Source: Camelus dromedarius (taxonomy: Eukaryota). From it: a stretch of 64,000 nt of DNA. Location: the NCBI RefSeq assembly GCF_036321535.1, contig NC_087437.1:80230001-80294000 (forward strand). Reading direction: 5' to 3'. Positions 40,594-54,536 of the stretch are shown piece after piece. Within the stretch, counting starts at the first letter, position 1; the number at the start of each line of letters is the position of its first letter. The notes below the pieces were generated by a model. The model was not told the DNA's origin and made no database searches. It saw only the letters and a program-made list of their open reading frames with translations. The position numbers and the translations under genes were made by a program.

Positions 40594-41245
40594 CTACACA
40601 TAGAAGTTTTTATAGAACCAAACTAAGCTTCATCTTCACAAAAAAATAATAAAAACAATGGCATCTCTCCAGTGTTTTTTGGGGTTTTTTTGGATTTTAG
40701 GGTTTTTTTTTAAATATTATTTTTTATTCATAAAAGAATTAGATGCACATAGCTTTAATAGTGGAGAAGTTCTAAAAAGTTTATAACAAAAAAGCAGTAC
40801 CCTGGACTCCCCATAATCCTCCCCAGAGCCTACCAGCTGCATCTCTTTTTAGCTATTTCTTCTAGTAGTTACCTGAATATGTCTAAATAGCATTTTTATA
40901 CTACTGTCACTCTAAAAACATTTCATTATCATTTCATCTATATACTGACCACTTTTTCACCCATCCACCTCAACCGTATTTTTAAATAAATACAAGATAT
41001 ATCACCTTAATTATAAATATCTCAATATATATCACTCAATGTACATTACTTTTAAAAATGTCTTTAAAAATACAATCACAATACCATTATCACACATCCA
41101 AATTTAACAATTATTCCTAAATATTATTAAATCTCATTATTGATGATATTTTTCCAATTGTCTCATAATTCTTTTTTATATTTGGTTTATATAAATCAAG
41201 ATGCAAACACAGTGCACTTTTTTTTCTGTGTCATTTAGGTCTCCT

Positions 41246-41506
41246 TTCTTTTTTTTTTTTAAACATTTTTTATTGATTTATAATCATTTTACAATGTTGT
41301 GTCAAATTCCAGTGTTCAGCACAATTTTTCAGTTATACATGAACATATATATATTCATTGTCACATTTTTTTCTCTGTGAGCTACCGTAAGATTTTGTGT
41401 ATATTTCCCTGTGCTATACAGTATAATCTTGTTTATCTATTCTACAATTTTGAAATCCTGTCTATCCCTTCCCACCCCCCACCCCCTTGGCAACCACAAG
41501 TTTGTA
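41246..41506 (-). mobile_element. Young camelid L1 3' tail within an old L1 remnant (about 40700-41900)
   Basis: Same tail as 16828-17036. Confidence 0.85.
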
Positions 41507-41522
41507 TTCTTTTAATCCACAG

Positions 41523-41741
41523 CAGTGCGTCTTAACTGCAAGCGATTTTGCTCCCAAGGAATATATGGTGATAGTCTAGAGATGTTTTTGTTGGTCACAA
41601 CTTGGAGACAAGACTCTTCCAATGGCATCTAGTGGGTAGGGACCAAGGCTGCTGCTAACCTTCCTACAATGCACAGGATAACCCCAACGCAAAGAATTAT
41701 CTGGCCCAAAACGTCAATAGTAACAAGGTTGAGAAACTCTG
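41523..41741 (+). mobile_element. MER20 hAT element
   Basis: gattttgctccc...ggcatctagtgggtag...cctacaatgcacagga...ggttgagaaactctg. Confidence 0.85.
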
Positions 41742-42938
41742 ATCTATACAACGTGGAATTCCATCCTCCCCCTCACCACCCACCCTTACATCTATCTATG
41801 TCATTTGACCCTAAGAGTTTACCACCTTCTGGACGTGGCTGATTGCATCCCCATTTTGTCTTATAACATGTTCCTCATTCCCTATAACTTCTGTAATTTA
41901 GAAATAAGGTGGGAACACATTAAAATATTAAACCAATAGAAAACATGTTGAAGTATTAAAAATTTCTGCATGAAAATGTGGAATCAGGCAGTTGGATCCT
42001 AGGCTATGTTGAAATAGCCTATGCAAAGGGCTTCAGGGATTTTTTTGCTGTTGTTCATGTCTCTTTTTTTGCAAAAGAGGATACTGAGACCTAAGAAAGC
42101 AACATGACTTGGCTAAGTTCATACCAAACTTCTTGAATCGCTGCCTCTTTGAAATTTGAGATATGGCTCTATTTTTTTGCAACATAGAGGATTAATTCAA
42201 ATAAGATTTAATTTTTTAGGCTGGAGTATTTTATCCATGGTAACGTGTACTTGCATTAGACAGCATGTGATAGCCGGCTGTCTTGCTAACAGCAACTGAT
42301 GGCCCTCGCCTAAAGTCATTATTTCATTAGGACTTCCCTTAAGTATTTTAAATGGTTCTTTTTTTCCTATTGAAATATTCCTTAATAAAAATATTTTTAC
42401 TTTTGAGGTAAACAAAAATAATCAGTGTTCACTATTTTAAAATACAAATACACATTCATTTGTGTTTTTTTAAATTATGATACCAGCCCCCTAAAATAAC
42501 TGCTCCAAAACACTGGCTTATATTTTTCTACACTTTTTGGTTACATACACATATGTGCATATGTTTAATCGTATAATATATGTAATATGTTTTGTCATTT
42601 TAATTTTTACTTAACAATATGTAGTGAAAATTTGTCAATGTCTATTACATGGATATCTACTTTTTGAAAAATAACTACACAGTAATCCAGCGATGGCAAT
42701 GACTGCTTCCCCAAAAGTTGACTAATCTGATAGGAGAAAAAATACAGTAAGTTTTTTTTTAATTTCTTTGATTAAATTGAGCATTTTATATACAAATCTG
42801 TATCTCTTCTGTAAATGACCTGCTTACATCCTCTAACCACTTTTCTGTTACATTATCCAATTTTTTTCTTATTGATTTATGGGGTCTTTTAAAAAATAGT
42901 TCTCTATTTTTCGATTTTTTCATAATTATTTTTGCCAC

Positions 42939-43434
42939 TGTGGTACATTCAAAATGGCCACAAATTTTTTGATGTCCCTTTCATGAGGGTTCTATGCTCT
43001 CTCCTCTTGAACGTAGGTGGGCTCTGTAATTGTTTAGACCAATAGAATGTGGCAGTTTCTGGCTCAGTCTTCTAGAGATACTGAACTTCCACTGTCTGTC
43101 TTATGGAACATTTGCTCTTATAATCCGAACACCATGTTGTGAGGAAGATCAAGCAGCCTCATGTGGAGGCTCATTGTGGGGAAGAACTGAGGTCCCCAGC
43201 AGATAATCCCAGCTGAAGTCCAGCTGACAAACAATCAGTCCTAACTTTCCAGCCTTCTATGTGAGTGGACCCTCTTGAAAGTGAATCCTCCAGCCCCATT
43301 TGAACCACTGCAGTTAATGCCACCTGGAGGAAAGACTAAGATAAGCCCTACCCAAATTACAGATTCATAAATAAAGTTTTTACTTTAAGCAAATAAATGT
43401 AAGCCAATAAATTCCAGCAATTAATAACTGAAAT
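42939..43434 (+). mobile_element. MaLR LTR (MLT1E/F-like)
   Basis: tgtggtacattcaaaatggccac...gaccaatagaatgtggcag...taactgaaata. Confidence 0.8.
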
Positions 43435-43872
43435 AGCCAAGAAGAAAGTTTTTGTTTTTAAACTGAAACTGGAACTATCAATCTTTCTCATAATTTATGA
43501 TCTTAAACAAAATAGAGAAAAAAACTTCCCCATCCCAGAATTATAAATCATAATTACTTTAAACTCTATTATAATTTTGTTTAATTTTAAACCTTTAATC
43601 TTTAACTCTTTTATCCTTGTATAATTATTTAACTGATGTGAAATAGGATCTATGTTTATTTTTCCCAAATGATCATCTAGTTGCTCCAACACAAATCATT
43701 AAATAATTGATAATTTTCCCACTGATGCAATTTTTTCATTGAAGAAATGCTACTTAATCCCCATCTACTAAAACTATATATATATGTATACACCTATTTT
43801 TGTATTGTCTGTTTTTGTCCACTTACATATCTGTACCTACAGCATACCATTTTAATTATTATTGCTGTTGAG

Positions 43873-44070
43873 CAGCACTGTCCAATAGAATTTTCTGAGA
43901 TGATGGAAATGGTCCATATCTTCATCCTTCAATATGGTAGCAACAGGTCTCATGGGGCTATTTAGTACTTAAAATGTGGCTGCAACCAAGAAATGGAATT
44001 TTTATTTTATTCAGTTTTAATTAAAATATTCATAGCCATATATGCTTAATGGCTCATATTAGTACAGCTT
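43873..44070. mobile_element. MER3-like hAT element
   Basis: cagcactgtccaatagaattttctgagatgatggaaatg. Confidence 0.75.
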
Positions 44071-45509
44071 TAGGGTGTTTTTATAATTGATCATACAAGT
44101 CAGTCGTCATTTTTCTTCTAAGATTTTTTATTAGTCTTTTCAATATTCACATGAAATTCAGCACCGATTTATTAGTGGCAGATTCTGATAGGCATATTAT
44201 TCAATATACAGATTATTTGTGGAGTTATTGTCTTTATCATTTTTCCTTCCAAAATACTATGTTTTTATTTATCATATATCATTTTATATTCTTTAAGTTT
44301 TAAACAGCTAACATGATTTTTAATGTTCGTTTCTAACATGTGTCCTCTTTTCTTTCAACCTAGGGCAAGAAATCCAACTAATCAAAATTCTTGGTTCAGT
44401 ACATACTTCTCGTTATTGGTCCATGAACAACTTTTCTATTTATTTTGTTAAGGCTGTTTGTTCTAATTTTTATTTTACCAACAGTTTAACAGTAGATACT
44501 GAACTAAATCAAATTCTTGTTCATTTATTAATGTTTTTCTCTTATCATCTGTATTGGATTACTTTTTGTTGTGCTGTATTCCTGGATTAAGCCATACTTG
44601 GTTATTTGGTATTTATAGAATATTTTGTTATAACTGATTTTTATATATTTTGTTTAAGTTTTTTTTCTTTATAATTTTACATGAAATGAGTTGTCCTGTG
44701 TTTTGTTCTTTTGTTTTGGGGTGGGGGGAGATTTGTGGCCTCTGCGCTTTATAACCAGAATAATTTATTCCTATTTTATTGAAGAAAAAATGGATATACA
44801 GAGAAATTGTATTTTGACAATTAGTTACTTCTAGCATTTAATCTTCTTTCTGAAAAGAAGAGCTTGCTCACTTTCTAAAAGAAGCAAGGTAACCTCTGAA
44901 TTGACTGGTTTAGGTGCATTCTAGTCTTCATTTGAGAATAAAGTCAAGATTAATCCTCAAATTATATCTTATTGCCCAAGGAAGTTTTTCTCTACTAATG
45001 AGCTATATTTCAGTCAGTTTTAGATCAAGTTATCATCAGTGAAGTAAAGACTGTAAATAAAGTAATTCAGCAGCCAAAACAAACCACGTAGGATGATTAA
45101 CTAGAACTTCTGGGCATCTTCTTATAATCACTCTATAACGTAGGTCCTTTATATTAACAATACTATTTCCTAAAGAAAATAATTATTGTTATTTAAAAGT
45201 TACTTATTCTGAGCCCTAAATTAATTCTGCCAAGAAAAAAAAAATCTCTGTAGACTATCAATCCACCTTCACATTTAATTACAAGAATGCACTACACAGG
45301 GAAACTCAATAGATCATCTTCCTCTTTCTTCCTAAGAAAACACCATCTGTGTACATTCTGTGTTTCTACGTCTCTGTCAGATACTAATACTGGCAATACT
45401 ACTTTAAACACATCAGTTCTTCTATCCGTTCCCCATGGATGGCGTGTACATTGACATTGTGATTTATTTGAAAGTACGTGGGATTTTTTTAATGTGTTGG
45501 CTTTTATTA

Positions 45510-46310
45510 GATTTTTATTTTTTAACTATCATATATTAACATTGACTTTCTTTCTTTGGTGTTCAGTTCTATTAACTGTAACATACTAACAGATTTGTAT
45601 AACCACCCTATGACCAGGGTACAGAATGGCTCTGTCACCTCCCAAAGAACCTCCCTCAAGCTGTCCCTTTATTGTCACACTCTCCCTCCACCCACAACCT
45701 CTGGCAAACATGGATCTGTTCTCTGTCACTGCAGTTTTTCTTTTGAGACTGGCTTCTTTCACTCATCATGCTGTCTGAGAGTCATCCAAGTTGTGTGTAT
45801 CAGTTGTCCCTTCTTTTTATTGCTGAGTAGTGATGAGTAGTAGATATGGTGTACCACAGTGAGTATATCCCTTAACCCACTGAAGGATGTCTGAGTTGTT
45901 TCCAGTTAGGGGCTACTGCAAATATGGCTGCTTATGAATATTTGTGTACCAATTTTCATGTAATCATAAATTTCCAAATGCCTAGTGTAAATACCCAGGA
46001 ATAGAATTGCTGGGTCATATGTTAAGTGTATATTTAACCTTATAAGAAGCTGCTAAACCATTTTCCAAAGTGGCTGTAAAACCATTTTCCAAAGTGGCTA
46101 CACCATTTTTCAATCCCACCATGTGAGTTTAGGGCACTCCACATCCTTAGCGACACTGCTATTATCAGTATTTTTTTTTTCATTTCAGAATCCTAACAGG
46201 TGTGCAGTAGTATCTGATTATGGTTTAAACTTGGATTATCCTATGACTTATGGTGTTGAACATCGTTTTTTATGTGCTTATTTGTGTTTTTTTGGTAAAG
46301 CATCTGTTCA
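45510..46310 (-). mobile_element. Old L1 3' region
   Basis: atacccaggaatagaattgctgggtcatat...ttttccaaagtggct. Confidence 0.75.
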
Positions 46311-46409
46311 TATCAAAAAGTTCATGGGGTTTTTACACCAGAAGTTAATACAACATTGTAAACCAACTATACTTAAATTAAAAAAAAAAAGGTTCATGGG
46401 ATTTAGGGT

Positions 46410-46840
46410 CTAAGATTGGGTTCCAGTCTCTCTTTTTCTACTAATTAACTAAGTCAAGTCACTTATCTTCTTTTAATTGTAATAATAATGTCTACCTACC
46501 TGACAAGTTGCCATGAGAAACAGATGAGATAAAGTATGTGAACAGTCTTTGCAATATGTAAAGAAAAGTGCTATTTACTATTTCAACAACTAATAATTCA
46601 GTTTAATTCAATAGCTAACATTGCTGAATGCTTACTAATGTGAGAGGTTTTGTGCTAAGAATTTTACATGAACCATTTTATTTAAGCCTCTCATAGACAA
46701 TGGGGCAGATAATCATTAAATGAAGAATTATAGGATTAAAAAACATTAACAATTTTATCAAGGAAACACAAATTATGACATGGAGTGAGAATTTAAACCT
46801 AAGCTTATCTGATTCCAAAACTGAATTCTTAATCTTTGCT
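46410..46840. mobile_element. Two MIR remnants in opposite orientation
   Basis: MIR cores on plus (46410-46580) and minus (46610-46840). Confidence 0.55.
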
Positions 46841-46961
46841 TTTCAAGAGCAAAGACCCCTAAGAATAATGCTACTTAGTATGGTTTAAATATGAAATCAA
46901 TGACCAACAATTTAATTCTTGAGTTCTCAAGGTCAGGCTGAGTAATGTAGAAGCCTGTAAC

Positions 46962-47115
46962 CTTCCTGTTCCCTTCTTTGGTGACCCCTCCTGCACTGTG
47001 CTGGACACGTGCTCTTTTCCCCTGAGAATGCACTCTTCTCGCTGCTTCGTGGCCAGGAATGCTGGTCTGCGGAGGCAGCGTCAGTGGACTCCCTCTCTCT
47101 CTGTCTCTGGTCTGG
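46962..47115 (-). pseudogene. Pseudo-exon, 154 nt, open frame: PDQRQRERESTDAASADQHSWPRSSEKSAFSGEKSTCPAQCRRGHQRREQE
   Basis: Stop-free; phase 0>1 fits neighbours; weak splice sites (gag|CCA, AAG|gttaca). Confidence 0.5.
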
Positions 47116-47219
47116 CTCAGTCAACAGACATACTTGTTCTCCATTTGCATTGAGAATCATCCAAGAAAACATGCTTAAATTTTAGGATGTCCTGAAGCTA
47201 CACTGCTTACCTTCCTTAC

Positions 47220-47317
47220 CTTTTCTGTTTCTGGTTCTTCTTGTTCCTCTTTAATTCTTACATCTTCAGGAATGTAACCAGACATAATCAGGGAATTCCG
47301 TCACCGACCAAAAATTA
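47220..47317 (-). pseudogene. Pseudo-exon, 98 nt: IFGR*RNSLIMSGYIPEDVRIKEEQEEPETEK
   Basis: Acceptor cttcccctttaag|TA, strong donor AAG|gtaagg; phase 1>0; in-frame ATG at 47285. Confidence 0.7.
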
Positions 47318-47829
47318 CTTAAAGGGGAAGACAGTTTTTTCTATTGACTCACAACGGAGGAAGGGAGCTGGAGAACAGGACAAGGAACAGAGGCTTCCTC
47401 ACAGTAACTGAACATGACTCACTGGCCTTGTTTGTGAGCACAGATGAGACACCCCCCCCCCCCGAGCACATCTCAACACACTGGGAGTCAGGGGACATTT
47501 TAGGTTAGTGGAATCCTGCACTATCAGACGAAGCATATCAAATTAAAACTCAGGTTACTTAAAGAAGAGCTCTACCTCTTTGGTACCAGTATGTGGTACC
47601 AAAGTACGGAACAAGCCAGAGAGCATTCCCTCTGAGCAGCGCCCGTCGTCATACCTAACCCAGCACCGACACAGAGTGGGCTCTTAGACATATTGGTTGA
47701 ATGCAAATTCAGCATGCCTTACTGAAATGTTTTCTCTCTCATAAGTTTGAGGAAGCACAAAAGAGAACCCTTAATCTGTCATTCTTCTATTTTTAACTCA
47801 ATTCCAATCAACAATGAAGAACTGCTTGG

Positions 47830-48901
47830 TGAAGCAGAAGTGATAGAACATGTTAAAAAGTTGTGAGCACTCCCTGGAGAACTGGCTGATTCCAGGCCTG
47901 GGGCAGGGGAAATACAAGAAGAGCATAAAGCATCTTGCAGTGCTAGACATTAAGAAAGTGCTCAAAACTAAAGGACACAAGCCTGTGAAGATGGCACGGG
48001 AGCCTGAAAGTGTACCCGACAGCCAAAGGTGGAAAAACTTTACCAACAAATGAACTAAAAGTTATCTAGAATTATAACCCTAGTGAAAAATCAACACCCG
48101 TGAATCGATCTAAATATAGACAAATGGTTGAACAAATAAATAAATGAGGGAAAAGAGACAACTCTTCCTTATGAAAGTATTTCATGAGATACCACCTCCC
48201 ATCTGTTAGAATGGCTGTTATCAAAAAGATAAGAGATGGCAAGCGTTGGTCAGACTGTGGAGAAAGTGGAACCCTCTTGCCCTTTTGGTGAGAATGCAAA
48301 TTGGTACAGCCTCTATAGAAAGCAGCATGGAGGTTCCTCAGGAATTAAAAGTAGAACTGCCAAATGATCCAGTAATCCCGCTCCGGGTATATATCCAAAG
48401 GAAGTGAAAACAATATCTGGAAAAGATATCTGTACCCCCGTGTTCTTCGCAGCATTATGCACAACAGTGAAGACATGGAAACAACCTGTGTGTCCACTGA
48501 AGGATGAATTAGTAAAATATTATATATAATTTATACTTATATACATTATAAATACTACACACATAATTCGGCCATATATCTTGCCGATTGTAATAACATA
48601 GATGGATGTTGAGGGCATTATTCTAAGTGAAATAAGTCAGACAGAGAAGGACAAGTACTGTATGATATCACTTCTATGTGGAATCTAAAAAAGCTGAATT
48701 CATAGAAATAGGCAGTAGATTGGTGGTTGGTTGCCAGGGGCTTGGAAGGGGGAGTGGGGGATGAGGAGATGGCAAATGATACAAACTTCTAGCTATAAGA
48801 TGAATATATTCAGGGGAACCTAAGGTGTAGCATGGCAAATATAGTTAACAGTACTGTATTATATACCTGAAAGTTAAGAGAGTAAATCTTCAATGTTATC
48901 T

Positions 48902-48935
<34 letters not shown>

Positions 48936-49880
48936 TGGTAATTACGTGAAGGAGTATAGGTGTTAACTAACCTTACTGTGGTAATTATTTTGCAATACAT
49001 ATGGATATCAAATTATGTTGTATAGCTTAAATTTACATGTATTATTTGTCAACAATGTTTCAATAAAGCTGGGAAAAATTAGCACAATTTTATCTTTTTA
49101 AGTATGGTTTACATCAGGTTATTTTTTTTAAAAAGAAACATTTCAATTAACAAATAGAAAATAACTATTAGAACAGCACAGTAATAATGGCTGCAAGTAA
49201 AGTGTTCTGAAGGATGCTAAAATTAGTGGGTGAAAGCTTATGCAAAGGATATTTGCACATTCTCAAAGAACCTTCTACAACACACTGAGTAATAAGAAGG
49301 GGGAAAGAGTAACTTTGTAGTGGAGATCCTGGAAGACATCATTCTAGCTAAGTGATCAAAGTTTACACCACTGGTAATACTCCTTGACTTCATGCACCTC
49401 CTGATATGAAGTACTGAGAAGGACAGGTCACATTTGTGATACACTTTGCAATAACCTCAGTCTAATCATGAGAAAACAACATAGAAACTCAAGTTGAGGA
49501 GTACTCTACAAAAATAACTGACCAGTACTTCCCAAAATCATCAGGGTTATGAAGAAACGGAAAGACTGAGGAATTGTCACAGATTGGAAGACACAAAGGA
49601 AATGTGACAACTAAACGCAGTGTGTGAACCTTGGTTGGATTCTGGAATGGAAAAACTAATTAGTGGAAAAACTGATGAAATCCAAATAAATTTTTTAACT
49701 CAGTTAATAGTAAATGAACTAAGGTTATTGAGGTTACTTTCTCGGTTTTGGTAATTGTTCTATGGTTATGTAAGATGTTAGATAGAAGCAGGGTGAAGGG
49801 TGTATGGGAACTCACTGGACTACTTCTGCAACTCTTCTGTAAGTCTAAAATGATCTCAAAATAAATAAGTTTTTAAAACG
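47830..49880 (+). mobile_element. L1MC/MD-type 3' UTR with nested younger L1 3' end (about 48185-49080) containing (CA)n at 48905-48933
   Basis: ctggctgattccaggcctggggcaggg...; nested ORF2 C-terminus and 3' UTR; host resumes near 49140. Confidence 0.8.
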
Positions 49881-50089
49881 TGATGAACACATCTTGGAAT
49901 TTCTAGGACAGGAGGATTGGAACACTGGATAAAATCAGCACACACTCATTTGCCATTGGGAAAATAGTTTCCAAAAGTTCAGAAAAAAAGACAGACATGA
50001 TCTCATATCCAGAGATCCTGAAGGGAAAGTGACTCAAGAGAAAAAGTGAACTCTAATAAAAACAATAGAACATATGAGAAACTTGTGAA

Positions 50090-50830
50090 TCATCTTCTAG
50101 CCTCTTCCTTTCCCCCACAATCAGCCACCTAATCCTATCACTTCTATCTCCTAAATGTCACTCCCTTCAAACCCCTCCTCTCCATTACTCCATGCTGCCC
50201 TACATTCATCATCTTCTTGACTAATGATTTCCCCTCCACAAGTTTTCCAAAGTCTAACATGTCTTAAGTTGATGTCACCAAAATTGTTTTTCTAAAAAGA
50301 ATCTATTTCCCTTCTCTGCTCAAGAACATTCAAGTTTATTCCTTTTGGGATAAATCCAAGTCCCTTAGCATAATATTCATGGCCCCTTACCATTTAGTTG
50401 TTCCTTAACTTCAGCCTCATCTCTATTCACTCCCCCAAGAAGTACTCTATACTCCAGCTGCAGGACCAGATATGAAGTCCAGAATGTATCAGTCACTCCT
50501 GTTTCTGCTCGTGTTATTCATTCATGAATAGGACACCATATTACACAGCTTCTCTGTTCTACAAGCTCTGATTCATTCTAGCTCCAACATCATTTCTGTT
50601 TCAGACTTCTCTGATTTTTCAAAACCTCCTTATTCCATTCGACATGCTCTGCAAGCAAAATTAACCCTGTTTCTCTGCTATGCTCTCCCCAAGACATTGT
50701 AAATTCTCTTAATAAGCACATGCTCTACTGCATGTAGCTTGTAGTATACAAGCTTGATTACCTTAGTAGAGTATAGGTCTTTTGATGGCAAAGTTCACAT
50801 CTAATTCAAGGAATCTCCAACCAACTCAAG
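50090..50830 (+). mobile_element. L2 remnant
   Basis: ggataaatccaagtcccttagcat...tctatactccagc pattern. Confidence 0.55.
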
Positions 50831-50869
50831 GCCAACACCATTGGTAGGCTGAACCAAGTTAAAATATAA

Positions 50870-53800
50870 TTAAATTTGATTCCCAGGGGATGCAAAGAGA
50901 GAAACAGTCAAAGAAATATGTATGGATGCACATGTTCCTGTTGAACTCAAATTTTTAAGTGGCATCAAAAAAACTAGGGCAGAAATAAAAACTTTATGAT
51001 TGTAGATGGACATGAAAGAGTAGTATAATGCTAAAAGTATTCCAACAAGAATAATAATAACCAAAATATTCTAGGCTTGTGAAACAAAAATGTTATTACA
51101 ACAGAAAGGGGCCCCATTAGCTACATCACCTTTAAAAAAAAAATAAGTAGGAGGAGAGCCAACTGTTTGGGAAAGATGAGAATAATGTCAAAGATGAAAA
51201 GTGAAAAACAAAATTACTCAATTCTTTTTGCTTATCTTTCTTTCAAGGAGAATGATGTTCACATAATAAGAAAAATCTTGTTAAAGGAAATGAAACCAGG
51301 ATGATTTGAAAGAACCAATTATCATCTGATTCAATTATATTCCAGGGTCTGAAAACAACTTGCTGATATGAACCACTGGCACAGAAGCCAGGTCAGAAAT
51401 CTTTAAGAAATTACAAGTTGAAGCAGTGAAAAAAAATTACAATTAAGAACAGTGAGAGAAAAAAGCCAGTGCACTTCAGGAACCATGAGTCTCTCAGCTT
51501 AATACTGAACTTCAATTATAGTATACGATAGTTATTAGACATCTGGCTTACCAGATATTATTAAAGCTGTGCTGTGCAATATGGTCACATCTCACTATTT
51601 AAATTTAAACTATTTTAAATTTCAAAAAGTAAAAATCAGTTCCTGAATCACATTAGGCACATTTTAACTGCTCAGTAGCCACATATGGCTAGTGGCTACC
51701 ATGCTGGGCAGCACTGGTAATAGAACGCTCTACCACTGCAGAAAGTTCCACTAGACAGTGCTATTACAGAAAGTAGTGAGCATTGGGAACCAGCCTAATT
51801 TATGGAGAATGTTACACTGAACTAATAAAATTGCTGTCATTTCATAGGATTGTTATATTGTTGGAGACAGGGATGTGTAGATACAGGCTATATTGATTTC
51901 AGCAAAACATCCAACAAAGTTTCTTATAAAACCGTGGTTGATAAAAATATAGAAATATAGGGACATTATACTATAACTGAGCAAACAATTGTCACCACAG
52001 AAAGTTGATTAATGAACTAATATAATTTTGGAAGAATGACTTACAAGTTTTCCTCAAAATCTTATCATTGGTCCTCTCTTGCTTAACATTTTTATCCATA
52101 ATTTGCTGACAAATAAAAGAAACAGTTATCAAGTTTTCAAATAACATACAGCAAGATCATTTCATAACTTTCTGGAGGACAATTTACTAAAACTTATCAA
52201 AATCTTTTACAATTTTACTTACTCTCTGAGTCACAGTTCCACTTCCTCAGGAAATAGTCACAGATGTTTGCAAAGATTTAGCTATATGTGTGTTAATTAT
52301 AGCAAAACATTTGGAAAATCTAAATGTCAAATAATAAAAGACTAATTAAATAAACAGCAGTACATTTGCATCTATCATCACTTTATTCCCAGTGATCCCC
52401 TACAATACTATGTACTTCATGAGTGATTAAATATATAAAATAAAAGATGAATAAAGTGAGGAAAAAGGAAAATCATAACATAAACTATGGTATGATTATA
52501 TGTGTCATACATATGTGTGGCAATAAATGCACACGCATTGTACATGTGCATGTAGGGTATACATACGTGCAAAGAGAAGACTAGACAGACATACACTAAA
52601 GTGTTAATAATATTTATCTCTGGCAATGAGTTAGGGAACATATTTGTTTTCTTCTTTTAGCTTATCTGTACTTTTAAAAAGTTCCGTCATGAATAGATTC
52701 TTTATCATAAGAACATTTGAACAAGGGGCAATGATAAAAGATTTGATAAAATTTGATAAAAGAACCAATATTTAAAAGGAAGAAATATATTCAACAAGCT
52801 AGAACAATGAGCCAAAATTAATAAGAGGAAGGTTAACAGGTATATGTAGAAAGTCTAGCTTCTAAGTTCTAAAAGTCCTCTGGAAAAAAAGTAGTTTGGA
52901 GAAGACCAGCCTAACAATAAGTTTGTTAAAATAAATGCAAATTTGTTTGATGAATTTAGTAGCACAATTTCCAAAAGACTGAATACAAACTTAAATTAAT
53001 GACATTAGTAGGATATCTTGCCCAGAACAGGGAGAGTGATGGTCCCTCTGCTCTCTGGGTCTGATGCAATCATATCTGCCCACTGGTCTCCTTGTGTAAC
53101 AGTGGAGTTTACCCAGAGGTAGGTAACCAGGAAACTGAAAAGACTGAAGATTCTATAACACAAGAAAAAGTTGGCAGAATTAGTGCTCTTTAACTTAAAA
53201 AAAAAAAAACTAGGAATTCCTAGATAGCTGTCTTCATGTACAAAAGAAAGACTAGACAGTCTTTTATGTCACCAAATGCAGAGAAGTTACAGGAGGTCAT
53301 ATTTCCACTTAGTGTAAGGAAAAACAGCAAGTAAAAACTACATTGAACTCACAAAAATCTGCACATGAATGTTTATAGCAGCTTTATTCATCATTGCCAA
53401 AACCTGGAATCAACCAAGATGTCCTTCAGTAGGTGAATGGATAAATAAATGGTGGTACATCCAGGTAATAGGCTATTATGCAGTGCTAAAGAGAAATGAG
53501 CTATCAAGGCATGAAAAGACATAGAGGAACACAAAATGTATATTACTGAGCAAAAGAAAACAATCTGAAAAGGCTATGTATTCTGATTCCAACTATACAA
53601 CATTCTGAAAAAGGCAAGACTATGGAGATAGTAAAAAGATCAGGAGTTTTCCAGGGGTTAGCAGGGAGTGGGTGGGGAATAGGCTAAGCACAGATTTTTA
53701 GGGTAGTGAAATTATTATGCACGATAGTATGGTGGTGGATACATGCCATTATACATCTGTCAAGTCCACAAAATACACATCATCAAGAGTAAACCCTAAT

Positions 53801-54170
53801 GTAAACTAAGGACTTAGATAATGTGTCAATGTTGGTTCATCATTTATAACAATGTAACACTCAAGTGAGGATGCTGATAGTGGGGAAGGCTGTGTGTGTG
53901 TTTGGGTGGTGGTGGTTATGTGGGAACTCTGTGTATTTTCCACTGAATTATACTTTGAACATAAAATTTCTCTAAAAAAGTACATTAATTTTTTAAATTA
54001 ATAATAATCAAAAATACATTGAACTTCTTTAAGAAGCAGTAATCTGCCTTGTCACTGTAAGTAGAAGGTGAGGGAATGGCTGTCAGGAACACTATAGAAG
54101 AAATTTTTGAGTTACAAAGAAGATTGTATTCCTAACCTCTACATGTCCTCCCAACTCTTAAGTTTCTATC
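50870..54170 (+). mobile_element. Fragmented L3/CR1 element interrupted by MER33-like (51565-51762), L1ME (52160-52720) and L1MB/MC (53350-53995) pieces
   Basis: RT-like gatttcagcaaaacatccaacaaagtttc (DFSK..DKVS) and 3' end gtcctcccaactcttaagtttcta. Confidence 0.6.
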
Positions 54171-54202
54171 ATTTGTTTATTCAACAAGTGTCTCTGGAAT
54201 AC

Positions 54203-54536
54203 TGCTGTGGACTTAACTATTTTCACCTGCCCCAAAATTCACATGTTGAAGCCTAAATACTGAATGCAATGGTGTTCAGAGGTGGGATCCTTGGAAGACA
54301 ACTAGGTCATGAGGCTGGAGCCCTCATGAAGAAGATTAGCGTCCTTTTAAGGGGATGGAGAGAACAGAGCACTAACAAATGAGGAAACCAGGAAGAGGGC
54401 TCTCACTAGAACCCAACCATGCTGGCAGCCTGATCTTGGACTTCTCAGCCTCCAGAACTGCAAGAAATAAAGGTTTGTTATTTAAATCACCCAATCTATG
54501 CTATTCTTGTTATAGTTGCCTGAACTGACTAAGACA
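54203..54536 (+). mobile_element. MaLR solo LTR (MLT1A-like) with perfect 5-bp TSD
   Basis: TG...ctaagaCA; AATAC at 54198-54202 and 54537-54541. Confidence 0.9.

Larger units (their letters stand above)
42380..44700 (-). mobile_element. Ancient L1ME-type remnant hosting MLT1 and MER3 insertions
   Basis: Degraded reverse ORF2/3' sequence. Confidence 0.55.

Noticed and set aside
47220..47285. ATG at 47285 as the original start of the gene
   Set aside because: A good acceptor at 47317 and phase-matched exons at 60-61 kb indicate an internal exon.
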